The notes under the pieces are model-generated. The model was not told the origin of the DNA, did not search any database, and saw only the letters and a list, made by a program, of their open reading frames with translations. The position numbers and the translations under genes are program-made. 64,000 bases of DNA. Source: a virus. Its lineage: Duplodnaviria > Caudoviricetes. Where the stretch lies: positions 111,780-175,779 of the IMG/VR virus record IMGVR_UViG_3300022217_000003. One strand, given 5' to 3'. Shown piece after piece: positions 58,536 through 64,000 of this stretch (position 1 is its first letter; every line of letters starts with the position of its first letter).

Positions 58536-58573
58536 AATTCTATTCCTCCTTCTTTTAATATTAATTATACTTT

Positions 58574-58602
58574 ATTATAGCAAAGCTATTATAAAAAGTC
58601 AA
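58574..58602 (-). promoter_or_regulatory. sigma70/sigmaA-type promoter of the NAD salvage operon
   Basis: TTGACT-17 nt-TATAAT with TG extended -10, about 40 nt upstream of the pncA ATG. Confidence 0.75.
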
Positions 58603-59159
58603 GCCTTCTTTTTTTTATACTCTCTCTGGTATTTTCTGGCATGTTCTATATTATCGTCTCTCCATTTTTTGTGATATGTGTTTATTCTTTTTCTGTTTTT
58701 CTTTATATATTCTTTTGCCTTTTCTGTTTTATTGTATTTGCGCATATATTCGTTGTATCTTTCTCTGTTTTTAATTTTCCATTCCCTTTTTCTTTTTTGT
58801 TCTTTCTTTCTATATTCAGCATCATTGGCATATCTATTTTTATACCATTCTCTGTTATATTCTGTTTGACATTTTTTACACCAAAACTGTAGATATTTAT
58901 TGGTTTGTCTATAGAAATTATCTAAAGTATATCTCTTACCACAACTAGAACATTTTTTTATTCCGGTTTTCATATATTTTGGTATGCGATATTTCATTGC
59001 TTCTTTCTTTTTTCTTGTCTGCAATCCTTCTTTTTCAAACCTCTGCCTGACAGCTTCGCCACTTATATCGTATTTTTTGCCAACTTTTCTCAAACTAAGA
59101 CCTGATAAATATAATTTATATGCTTTAGTTACTCCTTTTTTAGTTAGCTTCATATCCAA
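58599..59159 (-). CDS. HTH plus zinc-ribbon DNA-binding protein with basic helical tail
   Basis: LSLRKVGKKYDISGEAVRQR HTH; KKCSSCG...WCKKC; no nuclease motif visible. Confidence 0.55.
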   Translation of the reverse strand: MDMKLTKKGVTKAYKLYLSGLSLRKVGKKYDISGEAVRQRFEKEGLQTRKKKEAMKYRIPKYMKTGIKKCSSCGKRYTLDNFYRQTNKYLQFWCKKCQTEYNREWYKNRYANDAEYRKKEQKRKREWKIKNRERYNEYMRKYNKTEKAKEYIKKNRKRINTYHKKWRDDNIEHARKYQREYKKKKA

Positions 59160-59542
59160 CCTCCCTTCTTTAGCTTGGTGATTTCGGCTTTTAAATATTC
59201 TGAAATTAATAGTGCTAATTCCTGACCACCTATTGAATCACCCCATTTCAAAGAAGTATCTTTTGATGCTGAATCATGTATTTTGCTTTTAACTATTATT
59301 CTCAAAATATCATCTGAATTAACTATCTCAGTAACTCTATCAATCATATCTGTATCGGCTCTTTTGTTCCATGCTTCGATTGCTTCTTGCTTATGACTTA
59401 CTTCATATATACATTCACATTTACAGCCACCTAAACAAACTATAAAATATTTTAACATCAGTCCCAATTCCTGACTATAAGGCTCTCTAATATCAACAGA
59501 AGTATTTCCACAAAACGGACATGGTTTAAGTTTATTATCCAT
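59150..59542 (-). CDS. Lar-family restriction alleviation-like protein
   Basis: LKPCPFCG...C..C...EAIEAWNKR. Confidence 0.7.
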   Translation of the reverse strand: MDNKLKPCPFCGNTSVDIREPYSQELGLMLKYFIVCLGGCKCECIYEVSHKQEAIEAWNKRADTDMIDRVTEIVNSDDILRIIVKSKIHDSASKDTSLKWGDSIGGQELALLISEYLKAEITKLKKGGWI

Positions 59543-59553
59543 TATTTAGCTCC

Positions 59554-59745
59554 TTAAATATTTTCGCTATCATAGATAGATTCAAAATCTCCAGTTACAG
59601 TTATATGACTACAACTATCACATTCCCAATCTGATTGCTCAAATTCCATTAAATGTACTTCTGGTATTGTATCTGTTAGATGTTCAGATATTCTTGATAT
59701 TTCCTCTCCGCAATTTACACAATTAATTGTTAATTTAACTTTCAT
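59554..59745 (-). CDS. small zinc-ribbon protein
   Basis: CVNC...CDSC; GGAGG RBS. Confidence 0.5.
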   Translation of the reverse strand: MKVKLTINCVNCGEEISRISEHLTDTIPEVHLMEFEQSDWECDSCSHITVTGDFESIYDSENI

Positions 59746-60011
59746 CCTAAATCCTCCTTAACTCTTTTGTTCCATGCTTCGATTAATTCAGGTTCGGTTA
59801 AATCATAAGATTCAACACCTGCCGGACAATCTTCACAAGCTATCATAAATAATTTATCATCACCAGTATAATATCTATTTATAGCACCGCTACCACAATG
59901 AGCGCAATTTTTAAGCTTCTCTTTATTAGCCATTATTCCTCCTCTAAATCTATAACTTTGCCACCACATTTTATACAAGCGCCAAATTGCAAATATTTTG
60001 TTTCGCCACAA
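59742..60011 (-). CDS. Lar-family restriction alleviation-like protein (start probably at MANKEK)
   Basis: LKNCAHCGS...CEDC...LIEAWNKR. Confidence 0.65.
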   Translation of the reverse strand: MWRNKIFAIWRLYKMWWQSYRFRGGIMANKEKLKNCAHCGSGAINRYYTGDDKLFMIACEDCPAGVESYDLTEPELIEAWNKRVKEDLG

Positions 60012-60521
60012 TCTTCACATATACAATTTTCTCCTGTATCAATTTCAAATACGTCCATTATATCACCCATTATTTACGCTCCTTTTTATTCGAGTATCAT
60101 TCCATTCATCAAAATGCTTAACTCCAAATTTCTGGTGTTCTACATATTCAAGAATATCAAATATGAAATATAAAATTATTAATCCCGATAATATAAGTGC
60201 TTCCATCACTTACCCTCCTTTAGATATTTGAGTTCTTTTTTAACTTGCTTTATTCTTTCTTTTACCTCTTTTTTAGGACAAGAATACCATTCCAACTTTA
60301 TTGCCTGTTTTAATGCGCCTAATTGTAACTCAAGCAATCTTATAGCATTTTCACAATACATTATTGCTCCCCCTTTTCATAATTACCACATTCGCTTGTA
60401 TCATTTTCTGGATTATATTTATCAAGCCAACAATGAGGTATTTTAATCTCATCATCATAAACAAAATACATAGTTAATTGATGCTTGCAGGTTTCACAAT
60501 ACATTAGCTTTGCTCCTTTAC

Positions 60522-60716
60522 TTAGACATACGATTTAATTTTTTCTATTATCAATACGTCACCCGTTGTCAGTTCTTCAATCTTTTCCATTACTTCTTCT
60601 GATTCTATTAAATACGAAATTTGACCTCCACTACGATATAATTTATACATTGATATTTTGCCATCTTTTATTTTATTTTTATACTTGCCATAAAATGACT
60701 TGGTTATCTTGTCCAT
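60522..60716 (-). CDS. hypothetical protein
   Basis: AGGGG RBS; 64 aa. Confidence 0.4.
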   Translation of the reverse strand: MDKITKSFYGKYKNKIKDGKISMYKLYRSGGQISYLIESEEVMEKIEELTTGDVLIIEKIKSYV

Positions 60717-61057
60717 CTATTTATACCCCTTTTAAAAATGTTTTATATTTATTTTTTGCTTCTTCATAATTAATAGCTTCGATAATGGGTAAATGTTTTT
60801 CAATAAACGGTGAATTACTTTCAATCAAACTACCAAATGGGGTTAATTTTTTTATACATATACCGCCGTTTATATGTAAGTATGCTTCATATTTCATACC
60901 TCATCCCTCCTTATTAATTTCTTTTTTTCTTGTTTTTTTATAAAAATCTATGGCTTCATTCCATGTTAATGGCGTCTTATGATGATTAACATAAATAACC
61001 AATCTGCCATTCCAATAATATTGCTGAATTAAAAAATTGCCTATTTTCATTTGTTTT

Positions 61058-61531
61058 TCAGGTAACATTTTTTATCGTCTCCTTATTAATTTCTTTTGCC
61101 GTTACTATCTTTTGTTCTATGAGATAGATTAACATTTTGCCCCTTGCTTCGGCTTCTGCTCCTGTATTCCCTCCAACTGTCCATATATTAAAACCATAAT
61201 CTTTATCATAAGCTTTATAATCCGCATTAATCCATTGATTTCCTACTCGATATGTCATATATCTTTCAGGCAACAGTACACCTAATTCGTCGCTATTATA
61301 GGCTGAATAAACATCACAATTATTTAATAAAAATTTACACTTGTCTAAACAACTTGGTTGAGGATAGACTTGATATATCCAACCATCTATTAATATTCCT
61401 AATTCATAATAATCAGCTTCGTTTGTCTTTTCTTTAAACCAATAAAATTGACTATCTTGCCTCACTCCCAATTCTTTTAATCGCTGACTCGTTTCTAATG
61501 TTGTTACAGAGTCTTTAAGTTCTATTATCAT
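61058..61531 (-). CDS. conserved-looking hypothetical phage protein
   Basis: LETSQRLKELGVRQ.S.FYW...SAY..DELG.LLP...EAEARGKMLIYLIE; AGGAG RBS. Confidence 0.55.
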   Translation of the reverse strand: MIIELKDSVTTLETSQRLKELGVRQDSQFYWFKEKTNEADYYELGILIDGWIYQVYPQPSCLDKCKFLLNNCDVYSAYNSDELGVLLPERYMTYRVGNQWINADYKAYDKDYGFNIWTVGGNTGAEAEARGKMLIYLIEQKIVTAKEINKETIKNVT

Positions 61532-62159
61532 ATTACTGCTCCTTTAACAAACCGAGTTCTTCGGCTTCGTCCATCGTTAATTCCGCTTCCTCACTACCAT
61601 CTGCCTGTCCTTCTTTCATACACCATTCATTTAAGCCTTTTAATGAACATAGCTTAATCCATACTCCCTTGTCTAATGCCTCTCTAAATGTTATTGTTAT
61701 TTTCATAATTCATTGCTCCTGTTCTATCCAGTGCATAATCCATGGATATTTTCTGTTCATCGCATCCACCCATGATATGGCCGTATCCTTGCTCATTGGT
61801 TCCTTTGATTTACCAGTATTATTAGTTTTGGTGTCTTTCCATTTAACTATGTATTTCATAATTCATCTCTCCTTCTTTAAATAGGCAAGAGAAAGACGGA
61901 TCACAGGAGTAACCCGCCTTGTGGTATCCCTTGCTTTATCGGCTATAGCCTGTTTAATTTTATCATAATAGCTGATAAAATTTTAATCTGATGATGTGCT
62001 TCATTTTTTAATCCGATATCAATATACTCTATTTGATTATCCACTTCTTTATGAAGAGCCATATTTACTAGTTCTTGGATTTTTATTTTTTCTATAGGTG
62101 CTAATTTCATAATTAATACCTCCTGTTATTTTATTACCGGCTACCACTGCCGGGTTACA

Positions 62160-62390
62160 CTAATTATTTTCACATTCACTACATTCACGTTGTCCGTTAT
62201 ATTTTTCAATACTTCCAACACCCCATATTTCTTTTTCATGAGGCATGTGTTTTTCACATACATGATATACTCCATGAGGAGTAAGTACAGAATATTTTGC
62301 GGGATTTTTTAATTCGATTTTTTCTTCTCTTGTACTAGCCCGTTCGTTATTAACTCTTTCAATTACATCACCTAATGATTCTTTGTTCAT
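62160..62390 (-). CDS. small Cys/His protein
   Basis: AGGAGG RBS; CEKH...CSEC. Confidence 0.5.
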   Translation of the reverse strand: MNKESLGDVIERVNNERASTREEKIELKNPAKYSVLTPHGVYHVCEKHMPHEKEIWGVGSIEKYNGQRECSECENN

Positions 62391-62429
62391 CTCTGAACCT
62401 CCTGTTATTTTATTTTCGGCTATAGCCTG

Positions 62430-62894
62430 TTATATTAATCCTCTTTCAGATAAGAAATCATTAATTGCGTCTTGTGCATTTCCTATGCAAGTATAATTAT
62501 CAAGAAACTCATTGTCATAAGTAGCTTGATATTTGTCATCATAATATCCATCGTCATCAACTATTTTCACTATACAAGTCCCGGCTTCCCAGTTTTCCTG
62601 TGCCCAGTATTCTTTGCCATCATCATCCATGTCATGGATTAATCTATTCTCGGTTTTCAGTACTTTCAAAAAAGAGTTCTTTTCCTGATTGTTCCAATAG
62701 TTGCACATATCATTTGGTCTTGCTCCATTAAGAGAGCGTAAGTCGTTGAAAAATCTTAATGACCCATCTTCTTGAATGATATAATAATCTGTCTCAAGAC
62801 CGCCCTTGTCAAATTCAGAGCATGATACTCTTTGTCCTGCATACTGGATAAGCTTCTTGTTCCACTGTGTTTGTTTCCCTGTTACTTGTGCCAT
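62430..62894 (-). CDS. hypothetical early protein
   Basis: AGGAGG RBS directly downstream of a consensus promoter. Confidence 0.55.
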   Translation of the reverse strand: MAQVTGKQTQWNKKLIQYAGQRVSCSEFDKGGLETDYYIIQEDGSLRFFNDLRSLNGARPNDMCNYWNNQEKNSFLKVLKTENRLIHDMDDDGKEYWAQENWEAGTCIVKIVDDDGYYDDKYQATYDNEFLDNYTCIGNAQDAINDFLSERGLI

Positions 62895-62952
62895 GTTAGC
62901 ACCTCCTGTTTTTGGTTCGATTGACTACCACTGTCAACCTCTTATACTTATA

Positions 62953-62981
62953 ATTATACTCTATTTATTATATTTTGTCAA
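62953..62981 (-). promoter_or_regulatory. perfect consensus sigma70/sigmaA promoter (early)
   Basis: TTGACA-17 nt-TATAAT. Confidence 0.85.
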
Positions 62982-62999
62982 GTGGTTTTTCCAAAAACT

Positions 63000-64000
63000 C
63001 TACACCTCGACATTAAATTTGTCGCCCACTTCAAATCCAAAACTACCCATCTTTGCGTCATGGCACTTGTTATATTTAGTTTCAAGATAGTATTCTCTCT
63101 TTGTTGATGGACATACGCAATATAGATATTTGAATGGATTATCAAAATCATTGAAGCTGAACTCTACTATTTGCATCTTGTTTTTGTACTTGTCCCTGCT
63201 CTCATCCAATACCTTAAACCCTTTTAACTCTCTCATTTTAATCTTATCCATAAACTCATAAGCTAACCGTCTAATCTCCATATTCCTTATTTTAAATACA
63301 TCTCTTGCGCTTAATCTATCCATCCGTATATCATCAAATTGTTTTCTATCTTCTATAGCAACTCCATTTATTTTATAGAAAATATTAGCATCATGCTTTC
63401 TTTCTAACAACCATTCTGGTGAATTATTAGTTAAAACCCAATTCCTATTATTTTTGTATTTACGCCATAATACTTTTAAGATTTCTATATCAATGGCGTT
63501 CGAATGGATGGATAGGTCACCGCCTACTGATTCTAAGTTGAGAGCTTTCAGCTCTGCGTTCGAATGGATGTATAGGTAACCGCCTACTGATTTGAGAGCT
63601 TTCAGCTCTGCGTTCGAATGGATGGATAGGTAACCGCCTACTGATTTGAGAGCTTTCAGCTCTGCGTTCGAATGGATGGATAGGTAACCGCCTACTGATT
63701 CTAAGTTGAGAGCTTTCAGCTCTGCGTTCGAATGGATGTATAGGTAACCGCCTACTGATTCTAAGTTGAGAGCTTTCAGCTCTGCGTTCGAATGGATGGA
63801 TAGGTCACCGCCTACTGATTTGAGAGCTTTCAGCTCTGCGTTCGAATGGATGGATAGGTCACCGCCTACTGATTTGAGAGCTTTCAGCTCTGCGTTCGAA
63901 TGGATGGATAGGTCACCGCCTACTGATTTGAGAGCTTTCAGCTCTGCGTTCGAATGGATGGATAGGTCACCGCCTACTGATTTGAGAGCTTTCAGCTCTG
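63000..64000 (-). CDS. repeat protein (LRR-like VGG repeats) with DUF6745-like C-terminal domain; 5' end outside window
   Basis: frame is open from the window end through repeats AELKA(LN)LK/ESVGG(D/Y)L(S/Y)IHSN into NMEIRR...CVCPSTKREYYL. Confidence 0.65.
   Translation of the reverse strand, partial: ELKALKSVGGDLSIHSNAELKALKSVGGDLSIHSNAELKALKSVGGDLSIHSNAELKALKSVGGDLSIHSNAELKALNLESVGGYLYIHSNAELKALNLESVGGYLSIHSNAELKALKSVGGYLSIHSNAELKALKSVGGYLYIHSNAELKALNLESVGGDLSIHSNAIDIEILKVLWRKYKNNRNWVLTNNSPEWLLERKHDANIFYKINGVAIEDRKQFDDIRMDRLSARDVFKIRNMEIRRLAYEFMDKIKMRELKGFKVLDESRDKYKNKMQIVEFSFNDFDNPFKYLYCVCPSTKREYYLETKYNKCHDAKMGSFGFEVGDKFNVEV
63496..64000. repeat. coding tandem repeat, at least 9 units of 54 or 60 bp
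   Basis: units start at 63496, 63556, 63610, 63664, 63724, 63784, 63838, 63892, 63946; near-identical, no spacers. Confidence 0.95.

Noticed and set aside
63496-64000. Possible CRISPR array
   Set aside because: Units are contiguous with no unique spacers, lengths are multiples of three and the frame is open on the minus strand; no cas genes in the window
63496-64000. tRNA-like GTTCGAAT motif in each repeat
   Set aside because: It is the reverse complement of the His-Ser-Asn codons; no cloverleaf can be formed
1-64000. Plus-strand ORFs in the track (e.g. 10865..11470, 23938..24486, 28644..29210, 44741..45313)
   Set aside because: All are antisense shadows of well-supported minus-strand genes, Ser/Phe/Leu-rich and without RBS or motifs
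1-64000. Genome-wide stop-codon reassignment (TAG or TGA)
   Set aside because: Genes are full length in the standard code and several end naturally at TAG or TGA; only one suspicious in-frame TAG (31527) was seen

Overview
AT-rich segment of a large tailed dsDNA phage (or giant prophage); essentially all real genes lie on the minus strand and the standard genetic code fits. In transcription order (right to left): (1) 64000-58600 small early-type genes with near-consensus sigma70-type promoters, a protein with nine near-identical 18/20-aa tandem repeats and two Lar-like restriction-alleviation genes; (2) 58535-54105 a contiguous deamidating NAD+ salvage operon (pncA, a GIY-YIG endonuclease, pncB, ADP-ribose-type Nudix, nadE, nadD) with its own promoter; (3) 53782-36241 acidic putative head-internal proteins, several starting with a shared MDKVII-x-K-x-A leader and several large ones built from domains joined by K-x-A linkers, plus an M15 endolysin and holin candidates; (4) 36263-23296 head module: intein-containing portal, a beta-helix protein split by one in-frame TAG, prohead protease, scaffold, decoration protein, and a major capsid gene interrupted by three group I introns, two of them separated by a 13-nt micro-exon and one encoding a LAGLIDADG endonuclease; (5) 23283-17116 small hypotheticals and an HNH endonuclease; (6) 17098-1 a glycan synthesis/modification island (about ten glycosyltransferases, GalE, Glf, CysC plus sulfotransferase, NeuA-like, Maf-like, FkbM, two B12 radical SAM enzymes). 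All calls are from motif reading by eye; no database search was run.
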